A DNA stretch of 64,000 bases, taken from NCBI RefSeq assembly GCF_009914755.1, contig NC_060929.1. One strand, written 5' to 3'. Shown piece by piece: positions 27,023 through 40,859 of the stretch. The number at the start of each line of letters is the position of its first letter. Position 1 is the first letter of the stretch. The notes below the pieces were generated by a model. That model was not told where the DNA came from, did not search any database, and saw nothing but the letters and a program-made list of their open reading frames with translations. The translations under genes were made by a program, and so were the position numbers. Origin of the DNA: the human T2T-CHM13v2.0 reference genome, Homo sapiens.

Positions 27023-28589
27023 CTCCAAGAAATCATAGCCCCACCCGTGTAGTGGGCTTCACACTCTTTCTTTTCCATAGCAGGTGGCCTCCTGAGAACC
27101 ATGAGGTAACTTTACTGATGTTCTAAGGACAGAGGAACTTGCCTTTGACAAGGGTTCTTTGAGGAGTTCAATGTTGGACAGAACATCCCAGCAGGACCCC
27201 TGGTCCTACTTTCCCATCCACTGTTGCACATCAAACAAGGATTTGCTTAAGATTATCTTGGCAGGCTTTCTCTTTGTTAGATATTTTTAAAATCTTCTTT
27301 AAAGAAATATAAAATTATATTTGTGTGGAGAAAATTGTTATACCACAGATTCAGTAATTGCTACACATTTACAATGCTTTATTGCTACGGGAACTCATGA
27401 TAAAAATGATGGGGTATTCATTTCCAGTGGAGAGTTGAGTGAATTTCCTTTGCACTCCCTTTTCACTAAACACTCAAACAAAGAATATTAAAGCAATATT
27501 TTAGGTGTAAGCTGGGACACTATCATTCTAAACTGGGAAAGAAATTTCAAATGTCCAGAATGGAGACAAATCTTTGCCAAGAATTACATTTGCAGAGAAG
27601 TATGTGGTTTTCCATAGTCAAGAAACACTAAATAATATTGTTTGAGCCTGTTCTCTATATTAATGATATTCTAAAATAATATCTAGTTAAAATAGTTTTT
27701 AAATAATTAACATAGCAAATATATAGTTTTTACTAAATATATGATATAAAATATGCTTTCAGAGATATGCAATTAAAAATCAAGTTATAGTCATGCATTG
27801 CTACTTCTCCAGGCACAATCTAGTTTTATCAAGACATCAGTGTTCTTGTAGTGGGCACTACTCCTAGCAGATAGAATCCATTCAAAATTTCTCACAGCCA
27901 GATGTCCTATTAACCCTTCCCTATTTAAAAAGTGCTTTGATCAATTTTCTGATGATTTTGCCCACATAGAAATGGAACTATGTCCAATTTTATAACATAA
28001 TTGTGATACAAAATTGAATTTCATATATATAATTACATATGATTTAAATTTAACTTCAAAAATATATCAGTGTTAAAGTGATTGATAACTACATGAGATG
28101 AGAGTGATAGAAATGTTGCAGTCTCTAGGTGGGAAACAAATGTAAATGTAACTTCTGGTTTGTGGTAAAATGATTGATTAAAATCTCGCTTACAATAGAC
28201 CTGTCCTTAATAAGATTGGATTAAATCAGCTTTGCCTTCTTCATATGGGGAATTGCTTTTGCTTTTCTTTTGCAACAATTCTAATTAGAATAACCACCCT
28301 CAGATACCATTTGTTCAATAGCTTCCCTTTCATTGCAGTCACTAAAATATGCACCCTTTCATTAAATGGCTATGACATTTTTGAGCATTTATGATCCTAA
28401 TTTAAAGGAGAAATAGATTAAAACTGTTCCAAAACACTGAACATTTTTTATTTACATTCTTTGCAAAGGTGAGATTGGAAAGAAGATTTTGCATTCTTTT
28501 ATAAAAGGCTAACTAAAAACAGAACTGAAATTACAATGACATAAAACTTGAATAAGTTATTCTTTCAAAAGGAGGACAGAAATTATATT

Positions 28590-29183
28590 TTTGGATGATT
28601 TCAGCTTCTTCTTTTGTCAAGGTAAGGATTAAAAACTTGACAGGGATAATGAGTTTGTGTTAGGTTTTGTGTTAATTTTAATAGGATAATCAAATAAGAA
28701 TTGTTATTCACAGTATTCAGAAAAAAACAAAGCTGCTCCATGGCAATAGTGTTGCTCTAATTTATAGCTCAGGCTTCAAATGACATTGATTTGAAGATCT
28801 ATATGATGCAAACTATTCAAACAGTACCAAATGTTGAGAAAAATTCATCCTAAGTCACCTCTATCCCTCTTAGTTTGGAAACCCAAGTCATCATTAATAG
28901 AATGGGCCATTTGTTCATTTGTTCATTCAAGCATTCATTCATTCAGAAAGCAGCTCTCAAGGACCTACATGCAGTGATAGGCACTGGAACATTAAAATGG
29001 CAATCAGGAAACGGTTTCTACCCTCAAAGTCTATAGGAGAAGGTAGGCTTAGGGGAAAAAGCAACAACATATTATGAAAAGTACCTTCATCCAGATAGGT
29101 ACAAAGTGTTGCCAGAACATAGAATCATTTACTCAGTGGGAATGTGAAACTTTAAAAAGGATAGCAAACTGAGCTGTCTTAAA
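28590..29183 (+). repeat. Donor region of the permuted duplication
   Basis: Contains block A (28590-28837) and block B (29085-29183) in the order A-B. Confidence 0.9.
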
Positions 29184-29190
29184 GAATTGC
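28910..29190 (-). mobile_element. L2 3'-end fragment
   Basis: (TTCA)n-like tail, then ACCTACATGCAGTGATAGGCACTGG...CCCTCAAAGTCTA...ACAAAGTG. Confidence 0.65.
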
Positions 29191-29329
29191 CTCTCAAAAA
29201 AGGTATGTTGTGCCTCTTTAGAATGTAACAGGGGTTATAAATTCAAGATTCTACAGTAAGCAGGTAATGTAAATGAGTGAAGACCATATTCTGTCCTGAA
29301 GGGGCAGTGATATGATTATTGTGTAAGAA

Positions 29330-29843
29330 TGTCACCCAAGCAATACTAGATCTTTCAGTTTTCCAAAAGAAACTTGAAATCCAGATTTTTAAATACCGGT
29401 TAATGATCAATATTTTGAAAAGCCCTATTTTAGTTCGGGCTACTATAACAAACACCATATACTGGGTGTCTTATAAATAATCGAAATTTGTTTGTCACAG
29501 TTCTGGAGGCTGGAAGTCTGAGATCAAAGTGCCAGCACAGTCAGGTTCTGGCAAGGTCCCCTTCCAGGTTGCAGACTGCCCACTCCTCACTGTACCTTCA
29601 CATAGTGGAAAGAGTGGGAGAGAGTTCTCTGGTGTTTCCTTTGTAAGAGCAATAATCCCATTTATGAGGGTGCCATTTGCATGGCCTAAATTACCTCCCA
29701 AAAGTCCCATCTCTACCTAATACCATCACCTTGGGGGTTTAGGATTTTAGGGACACAAACATTCAGTCCGTAACACCTTGTGTTAGACAAAGGAAATGAC
29801 TATGGGACAGATGATCCTGCTGGCCAGTTGTTTGCAACCTCTA
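29330..29843. mobile_element. MER103C-like hAT element split by MLT1A
   Basis: AGATCTTTCAGTTTTCCAAAAGAAACTTGAAATCCAGATTTTT on the left and CCAGTTGTTTGCAACCTCT on the right. Confidence 0.5.
29426..29775 (-). mobile_element. MLT1A/MLT1A0 solo LTR
   Basis: GGGCTACTATAACAAACACCATA...CACAGTTCTGGAGGCTGGAAGTCTGAGATCAA...GGGACACAAACATTCAGTCCGTAACA. Confidence 0.9.
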
Positions 29844-30972
29844 GTTTATCCCTTCTGACTAATAGCACCCTAAGGTGCCACATGGATAAGAGTTCATGCA
29901 CTGTTATTTGCAGACTGTTTCTTCCATAAAAGCTCTGAGTTATAAAAAAAAATTACTCATCTTTTCCATATTTGTGGGAACTTCCTACGAACAGCCGAGA
30001 TGCTCCAGCAATGCAAATTTTGGAAATACATGGCCCGGTGGAAAAGAATTATGACTCTTTTGGAGAAGCTTCAACCTTCTAATAGAGTACTATTTCATTT
30101 AAAAAATAATATTTTAGTTGGTCTATATAGACTTTGGTAAGCATAAAGAATTAAAGTAACTCCTAAAGCTAAGCAATTGACTTATTTTAGAGCTACAACT
30201 GTGAGACCCACTGGGAGCTATTCATGGGCGCAGCAGGCCGGGTCTTTGTCAGTCCTACACGGCCACCTGATTCACTCTTCTTTTCTATGAAATAATCTCC
30301 CCTTGGGAACTTAAGCATGGCTTCAGCACAGGAGTAAGCAAGAAACATGCCATTTATGAACAATGCGTCTTCATGAAGAAAAGAAATTACCTGAATTTTC
30401 ACCGTTATAAGCAAAGTAGATGGAGTGCAAATTCATAGTTGAGATGCTCTTAAGTGCCTAGCCAGACAAAAGGCCACAATTTTGTGGTTCCAACCTTACT
30501 GCTATTATTAGTTTTTCAGTTTTTAGAGAGTTAGCATAAGGGAAAAACAGAAGCAAAGAATTGAAATGGTATCAAATGAAGCATAATTCTAATAATCCTA
30601 TGAAGCACAATTCTGCAGTTCTTGCAGAATGTTCTAACATCCCACTCACACAGATGTCACTGAAAGTAACCAGTCAACAAGTGGAGGTGGGTTCTGTGGT
30701 GAACCATATGATCAGCCAGAAACAAAATTGTATTAAGGCAAAAAACAATTTCAGATCCAGCTATCAAATTTTGGAAAGCTGTGAATATATTCAACATTGG
30801 CAGTGCGTGGAATTATTTTGTTTGCTTCTCCCATTAATTCTTAGGTTTTAAACCTGAAGAGCTATTCGGAAGGGAAGAAAAGAGGAAAGAGAAAAAGAAA
30901 AGAAAAAAATTATTATTCCATTCTGTACCATTGGACTGTCGTATTTCTGGTTATGACCACTGGAAAGTAAAC

Positions 30973-31089
30973 TGAAGTGTATCCCTTTGTGAATGAATAA
31001 GTACTTGATAGACAAATAATATTCACTAGATTTTGAAGTGTATCCCTTTGTGAATGAATAAGTACTTGATAGACAAATAATATTCACTA
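30973..31089. repeat. Tandem duplication, 61-bp period
   Basis: 30973-31028 is identical to 31034-31089. Confidence 0.97.
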
Positions 31090-31700
31090 AATTTTTGACA
31101 ATAAGGTGAGGAAAGAGGCCCTCTTTTTATTGCTAGTGTACATAGATACAAATTTTGGAAAGGAAATGTGGCATTGTATATCACAAAATCCTTTAAGTCT
31201 ACACTTTGGATACAAGTTCACTGAGAATTTATCCTAAAGATATAATAAATTATTTATTATCACTAATGATGGAAAACAAACTGTCATAAATAATGAATTG
31301 GTTAGGTAAATCATAGCACATTCACACAATGATGTGTCCCTACAATGAGGTAGATCTTTACAGTTTGTAACATGAAGAGCCGATGATATGTTGTAAGATA
31401 CCTATTGCATATAGTAAAGTAGTGAAGAAAGCAAATTTAGTATAGGATGTGCAGTATTTCATACATATATACACACACACATGTATATGCATGCATATGT
31501 ATACACACACATATATATACATGCATATATATACATGCATGTGTATATACATGTATATATAATGCATATTTTTAAAAAAATAAAAGGGAGAACAGAAGAA
31601 TAATGTAAACAAGTAAAGCACAGCTTTCCAGAGGGCTGGGGAGAGAAGAAGAAGTGGTGAATTTTGGTTCTATTTTACTTAGGAAATGTTTGATTTTTTC
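31090..31700 (+). mobile_element. Old L1ME-type 3' fragment with a (CA/TA)n tract at 31460-31565
   Basis: GAATTTATCCTAAAGATATAAT...GAATTGGTTAGGTAAATCATAGCACATTCACACAATG. Confidence 0.6.
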
Positions 31701-32390
31701 TAAACCATGTGTAGTCAGCTTATTAGACATGCTGGATTTGAAAATTTGTGTCATTTTTCTCCCATCACCTCCTTCAACATGACCTATGGGATTTTCTTCC
31801 CCGTGAGAGAAAATTGCATTGTTTTTCCCATCACTTTCATGTATTTGAATAATTTTGTTTTTAATTTTAAAAGTTTCTCTCCAATATAATTGCAAACCTT
31901 AATCTCTCATCATAATAAAGCCTCTCCCTCCCCTGGTGCAATTCTAATCTCAATGGTGGGGAACAGAAGTGACAAAGAAGGGACCTAGTCTGCCTTTTCA
32001 TTCCCCTTGTCTTACCTCTTTCCCTCTCTTCCCTGAACTGCCTCTCTTTCCTCCAGGACCACCATAGTGGTAGAGGACTGAGGCAGAAAGGGACAAAATG
32101 GTTTTTCTCAGCTGGCACAGGCTGTCTCACTCTCTCAGCTGTCCTGTACGCTGCCAAAGCAGGCATTCAAATGCTGCTGTATCACGCTGAATGCATTTGT
32201 GCATTCCTCACACCCTCACAAGGCAAGGGCCACCATATTGCCCTTAGTTCTGAACCCTGGCTAGCCCTTGGGAGTCACCCTCAGCCTCAGCTCTCAGTGT
32301 GCACTTCTGGCCCCTTTCTGGTGATTTCCCTCACTCCTGAAGGGGGCAGCTCTCTTGAATAAGATCTTTAACAGACCATTCAAGCCCAGA

Positions 32391-32522
32391 ATGACTGACC
32401 ATACATCCTAGTTTTCTTAGCATGGCCTCAGTTTATACCTGTTGTCCTGGCATAATTTTTAATATCACTCTTTCACTTTCAAAATTGCCCTGATTTGAAT
32501 AATAAACTATATAATTAACAAT
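32391..32522. mobile_element. MER94 (hAT-Blackjack) MITE
   Basis: TGACCATACATCCTAGTTT...GTTTATACCTGTTGTCCTGGCATAATT...TTTCACTTTCAAAA. Confidence 0.65.
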
Positions 32523-32544
32523 TGGTAACACATAAGTAGTCTGT

Positions 32545-32885
32545 CAATAGTAGTCATCTATTGATGTTACATTTCTTGATTCTGATAATTGTTTTGGGGT
32601 CATGTAGGTCAATGTCCTTGCTCATAAAAATAAATGATGAGGCAATAAGAGGTAAGAGACATGACACCTGTAACTTACTCTCAAATGGTTTGAAAAAAAA
32701 AACCAAAACTTTATACATAGAAAGATAGCAGGGAATGGGGAGAATGATAAAGAAAAAACCCAAAAAACATAAGGCACATGTGGCAAATGTTAGCAGTTGA
32801 TTAATCTCAGTAAAGGGAACACAGAAGTTCTCTAAGTTAGACTGCAGTTTTTTGGTAAGTTTTAAATTGTTTCCAAATAAAAAAC
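32545..32885 (+). mobile_element. L1MC4/5-like 3' end
   Basis: AACTTACTCTCAAATGGTTTG...ATGTGGCAAATGTTAGCA...TTTCCAAATAAAAA. Confidence 0.65.
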
Positions 32886-33600
32886 CTTCAAAACCATTTT
32901 ATGATTACCATATTCATTCCTGGCTCTCTTCTGCAGTAACCATTTGGCCAGAGGAAACAAATGCAGCTGAACAGGCTGTCTTAAAATTGCCCTCTCCTCA
33001 CTCTGCCATCAAAGGCTGCTTTTTGACCTTGTCCATCAAGAGCCATCTGACTGTCCCCTTCCCCCCTATCCTCAGGGAACACAAGTCAAGCCTTCCAAGT
33101 ACTTACATGGCTAGCAGCACAAGCAAGGCCTAAAACTGCAGCCCACCAAGCAGCCAGCAGGAGAATGTGAGGCCAGCCCCTTTTGCTTGCAAGTACTGTC
33201 TCTTCAATGGATTTGCTTATTAAATCCAGGTGGTGGTGGGAGGGAGAGGACGTGATGAATAGTTGAATGCCACTACTCTCTCTTCTCTTACAATTTCCCC
33301 TCAGAGAATGAATTAAAATGCTCTTCTATAAGGCTTCTGGAAATGATGCACCCTGGAGCAATCTGGTTTTTCTCAGCAAAGCCTGCACAGATATATCTAA
33401 CTCCTTTTCTCAGTTGGAGCTTCAGTAAAAATTCAGCCAAAGTCAATAGGGAAACATCCCATTCTATGTCCTGCTCCATATATATGACTTCAGTGGCAGA
33501 AATATTTGTGAAGATATTTGTATTTTCTTTGCATCACTGAAGAAGGATGATGAATAAGGCTATCTGTTTTTACTTTATATTTTATTTTCTTTCATTTCAG

Positions 33601-33608
33601 GAAGAAAG
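33601..33608 (+). other. Candidate 8-nt microexon or recursive splice site
   Basis: An AG-free, T-rich tract of about 40 nt, then TTTCAG|GAAGAAAG|GTAAGT. No transcript evidence. Confidence 0.35.
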
Positions 33609-34097
33609 GTAAGTCTTGCCCTGATGTCAGTGATGTGAAGTGCACCTGTCTTTCTGGCTCTCATCTGTGTGAGCCTGATCTCACTGATGAGAATCAGAAA
33701 GAAACAGGCAGGGCAGGCATAGCTTTGACGGGGGCAAAGAAATGGAAACAGAAAGAGATACAGAGGATATTACTTCAAATTTGGAAAAATATGGATTTCT
33801 GAGGGTCCTAAGAGTGGCAGAGACCTATATCCTATTGCCGTGTTGATCCTTAGAACCAAACAAAAGAAAGTCATATGATGCATCTATAGAGATTGGCCTC
33901 AAGGGATTCAATCTCCCAGCCTCATCTAAGAAAGCTTAATGTGCCCCCATTTTGGCACGTAGAACATCAGAGTCATCTGCCTGACAGTGACTAAACAGGT
34001 TTGGATAAGAATAACAGTAGTAACCCTGAAAAGCTGAAAATTAAAGACACTTTATCACATAAAATTCTAGGGTGGCCTACGTTTATAAAACAAAGAT

Positions 34098-34747
<650 letters not shown>

Positions 34748-34829
34748 ACATTTTCTTTTTTGGTAACAAAATATTTATTAGTACTCAGTCACTTCAAATA
34801 GGCTTTCTTTTTACATTTGTCTTCGATAG

Positions 34830-35314
<485 letters not shown>

Positions 35315-35409
35315 ATATATTGGCCACATCATTATACTAGCACTATAATAAAAGACTCCTTTGTAAAGGTGGTTTTTAAATTATAAATATAAAAATATGA
35401 TTCTCCATA

Positions 35410-37848
35410 TAGGCATACCTTGGAGATATTGCCATTTTTGTTCCAGATTAACATAAGAAAGCAAATATCACAGCAAAATGAGTTACATGAATTTTTGTTT
35501 TCCCCCGAATACAAGAGTTATGTTTACATTATACTGTAGTCAAAGAGTGCAATAGCATTATGACTAAAAAGTGTATATGCCTTACTCAAAAATACTTTAT
35601 TATTGAAAAAGGCTAACAATGATCTGAGCCTTCAGAAAGTCTTAAAACTTTTTGCTGATGGAGGGACTTGCCTTGACGGCTGCTGATTGATCAGGGTTGT
35701 GGTTGCTGAAATTTGGGGTAGCTGTGGCAATTTCTTAAAATAAGACAACAATGTTAACTGGTGACATTGACTCCTTTTCACGAAATATTTCCCTGCAGCA
35801 TGTGATACTGTTTGATAGCATTTTACCCATAGTAGAACTTCTTTCAAGATTGGAGTCAATCTTCTAAAATCCTGCTGCTGTTTTACCAACCAAGTTTATG
35901 AAATATTCTAAATCCCTTTTTTGTCATTTTAACAATATTCATAGCATCTTTACCCGTAGTCGAGTCCATCTCAAGAAACCACTTTCTTTGCTCATCCGTC
36001 AGAAGCAACTTCTCATCCATTCTAGTTTTATCATGAGATTGCAGCAATTCAGTCACATCTTCAGGCTCCACTTCTAACTCTAGTTACATTGCTAATTCCA
36101 CCACATCTACTGTTACTTTCTTGACCGAAGTCTTCAACCCCTCAAAGTCATACATAAGAGTTGGAATCGTCTTATTCTAAATTCCTGTTAATGCTTATCT
36201 TTCACTTCCTCCCATAAATCAGAAATGTTCTTAATGACATCTAGAATGATGAATCTTTCAGAAAAGGTTTTCAATTTACTTTGCACAGATCCATCAGAAA
36301 TATCACTATCTTTGGCAGCTATAACCTTATTAAGCATATTTCTTAAATAATAATACATGAAAGTCAAACTTACTCCTTGATCTGTGGGCTGCAGAATAGA
36401 TGCTGTGTTAGCAAGAATAAAAGCAACATTAATCTCCTCAAACATCTCCATCAGAGCTCTTATGACTAGGTTCATTGTCAATGAGGAGCAATATTTTGAA
36501 AGAAATCTTTTTTTTCTGAGCAGCAGGTCTCACAGTGGGATTAAAATATTCAATAAACCATGCTGTAAACAGATAGGCTATCATCCAGGTTTTGTTATTC
36601 CATTTATAGAGTATAGGCAGAGTATATTTAGCATATTTCTTAAGGCCCTAAAATTTTTGAAATGATAAATGAGCATTGGCTTTATATAGAGTCACCAGCT
36701 GCATTATCTCCTAACAAGAGAGTCAGCTGTCCATTGAAACTTGAAGCCAGGCATTGACATCCCCTGTCTAGAGATGGTAGATCTAGATAGAATCTTCTTC
36801 CAAGAAAAGGTTGTTTCATCTACATTGAAAATGTATTGTTTAGCATAGCCATCCTTATCCATCATCTTAACTAGATATTATGGATAATTTGCTGCAACTT
36901 CTACATCAACATTTGCTGCTTTATCTTAAACTTTTAAGTTATGAAGATGGTTTCTTTCCCTAAGCCTCATGAATGAACCTCTGCTGCCCTCAAACTTTTC
37001 ATCTACAGCTTCTTCATCTCTCTTAGACTTCATAAAATGAAGACAGTCAGGGTCTTGCTATGGACTAGACTTTGGCTTAAAGGAATGTTGTGGCTGGTTT
37101 GATCTTCTATCCAGACCACGAAAGTTTCTCCATATCGGAAATAAGACTGTTTCACTTTATTATCATTCATGTGTTTACTGGAGTAACACTTGTAATTTCC
37201 TTTAAGAACTTTTCTCGGGCATTCACAACTTGGCTAATTGTTTGTTACAAGAGCCCTAGCTTTCGGTCTATCAGCTTTCAACATACCCTCCTCTCAAAGC
37301 TTAATTTCCTAGCTTTGGATTTAAAGTGAGAGATATGAAATTCCTCCTTTCACTTGAACACTTAAAGACCATTTTAGGGTTATTAATTGGTCTGATCTCA
37401 ATATTGTGTGTCTCAGGGAATAAAGAGCCCAAGGAGGGGAAAAAGATGATGAAACAAGGCATCAGTGGAGCTGTCAGAACACACACAGGATTTATCAATT
37501 AAGTTTTCCATCTTATATGGGCGCAGTTTGTGGTGCCCCCAAACAATTACAATAGTAACTTCAAATATCATTGATCACAGATCACCAGAACAGGCCTAAT
37601 ATTAATGAAAATGTTTTAAATATTGAGAGAATTACCAAAAATGTGATACAGAGACATTGAGCACATGCTGTTGAAAAAATGGCAGCAATAGACTTGCTTG
37701 CTTAAAGCAGAGTTGCCAGAAACCTTCAACCTGTAAAAAACAAACAAACAAAAACACAATATCTGCAAAACACAATTAAAGGAAAGCACAACAGAACAAT
37801 ATCTGCAAAGCACAATAAAGGAAAACACAATAAAACAAGGTATGCCTG
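35410..37848 (-). mobile_element. Second near-full-length Tigger1, transposase disrupted
   Basis: TIRs TA-TAGGCATACCT and AAGGTATGCCTG. Minus ORFs 35883-36071 ([15 protein letters not shown]) and 36188-36481 ([13 protein letters not shown]) are Tigger1 transposase. Confidence 0.95.
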
Positions 37849-38379
37849 TGTATTGTTAAATGTGTTAAATCCTGTAATGAGTCTGTACGCCTAGACGTAG
37901 ATGAATCAGCCTCCTAAGAACCTTAACTTAAATTTAACGACCATGAACAGGTAGCCTCTGTAGCAATTTGAATCAGCACCAATGGCTAACCACCTTTGGT
38001 CTAGACATTAGCAGCCATCATCCACCTTGAAGGATTAGATGGTGGTCATCGGGGCAGGTACGGGGATGAGCTAAAGTTCTTATCTTCTGCAGGAAACCAG
38101 AGAAGGCTTAGGAAGCAATTACCTTGTGATTATTGAAACTTGCTCCCAATTCTGTGTATAGTAAGTCTTCTACCTAAGTTTCAATGGTTTTTTTGTCCTT
38201 TGTTTTCTCATTAACTTTACAATAATCAGACTACATGTTTTATGCAATTAATATTTTGGGCCCCATTTTGAGGATTATGTGGAGATTTAACTGTATCATG
38301 CTAGAAAGACTAGACCACTGAATTGAAGTACACTCTGTGCCTATGGTCACTAAGTAAACTTAACCATATGATTGTTACA

Positions 38380-39350
<971 letters not shown>

Positions 39351-39361
39351 TATAGATGGGG

Positions 39362-39551
39362 AAATGCTCTACTCACTGGTGTGGTAGCCAAATCAGAAAC
39401 ACTGGCATCACTGGGAACTTGTTAGAAATGCAAACTGTTAAGCCTCACCTAGACCTACTGAATCAGAAACTCTGGGAGTGGCACCCAAAAATCAGTGTTT
39501 AAACAAGCCATTCAGGTGATCTGGATGAATATTAAAATTTAAGAACCATTG
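39362..39551. mobile_element. MER5A
   Basis: GGGAACTTGTTAGAAATGCAAA...AGACCTACTGAATCAGAAACTCTGGG...AGAACCATTG. Confidence 0.85.
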
Positions 39552-39809
39552 CTCTAGATTTCTGCCTCATCTGTGCTGCCTTTGGCACTGGATACACACA
39601 CGGCCTCTCTTCAAATGAAGTAAGGCTGATGGCTTTTTCAATAGCTAGATATTTACCTGTATATTTGAACTATTTTTCTAATAATCAGTTTCTTGAGAAC
39701 CAAATCAGTTGTTTTACTTTTATTTATAAAAGATGGAATGTATCTATTACTTTAGGATTCAACCAACTCAATAAAGTAATATATCTATAAAGAAAATGGA
39801 ACAAACTCA

Positions 39810-40458
39810 GATGTCATTTGTAAGTGGTGAATCCTCAAGTTACCTACAACTTTCATCTGACTTGGCTACAAATCAGAGGTTTCCATGATGCCCTCCTTGG
39901 GTTTGAAAATTTGCTAAAATGTCTCACAGAATTCAGGAAGACACTTACTTACAGTTTCTGGGTTATTATAAAATGAAGGCTACGATGAAGGATACAGATG
40001 AACAGCCAGATGAAGAGGTACATAGAGTGAGGCTGAGAGGAGTCCCAGCCACAAGAGCTTTGTCCTGTGGAGTGGGTTGAGGTACGCTATCTTCTGAGCA
40101 CATAGCGGTGTTCATCAACCCAGAAGCTCTCTGAACTCTGTCATTTTGAATATGTATGGAGACTTCATTACATAGGAATGATTAATTAAATTATTGGCCA
40201 TTGGTGATCAACTTACCCTTCAACCCCTCCTCCCTGGAGGTCAGGGAGTGGTGCTGAAAGTTGCAAGCCTCTGATCATATAGTTGGTTCTTTTGGCAACT
40301 AGTCCCAATCCCAAGGCTATCCAGGAGCCCACAGTCATCAGGCAGCTCATCAGCACACAAAAAGACATTCCTCTGGAAATCCCAAGGGTTTTAAGAGTTA
40401 TATGCCAGGAAAGAGGAGGACCAAATATATATTTATTGTTATAAATCACAATATCACA
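39810..40458 (-). mobile_element. MER21 (MER21C-like) LTR, 3'-truncated
   Basis: Reverse complement starts TGTGATATTGTGATTTATAA; internal GATACAGATGAACAGCCAGATGAAGAG. Confidence 0.85.
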
Positions 40459-40687
40459 ATTATATTTCAAAGAGATAGTTCCCAGGTCCCTGAGAAAGAC
40501 ACTCCTGGTTTGTAACAGTAGTAAGAGGATTATTGAGCTTTTGAAAGATTTACCTACATTTCAAAAAGATAGGGAAGAACTTACAAGTTTTCTAAAGTAA
40601 ATGCTTGAAGAAAAGGAAGAAGTTTCTTCCCTAGTTTTCAACAGAAAGAATTAGACCTCTTATGTTTAATTTGCATTTGCTTTTACA
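40459..40687 (-). mobile_element. MER67/MER31-group LTR, 5' part
   Basis: ATTTCAAAGAGATAGTTCCCAGGTCCCTGAGAAAGACA...AAGTTTTCTAAAGTAAATGCT...TTACA. Confidence 0.7.
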
Positions 40688-40859
40688 TGTGCAAGTATAT
40701 CTGTGACCATTTCAAAAATCTCAGGTTTGAACAATATTAAATATATTACAGGAGATTTTATTAAGGCTATAAACTTAAAGTGTGTTTTCAAAAAAATCCT
40801 TTATCCCTGATAAATGAAAATAATATTTAATTCTATCAATCTCTGTAGTTAACAATAGT

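Noticed and set aside
30191-30333. Possible + strand coding exon (TTTTAG|...GA|GTAAGC)
   Set aside because: Stops in all three frames and a short pyrimidine tract. A non-coding exon cannot be excluded but is unsupported.
30576-30614. ATGAAGCAYAATTCT direct repeat as an array
   Set aside because: Only two 15-bp copies, a minor local duplication. No CRISPR-like array exists in this eukaryotic DNA.
33629-33690. C/D box snoRNA (GTGATGT...CTGA)
   Set aside because: The C box is imperfect, the span is short, and I recognise no rRNA/snRNA guide.
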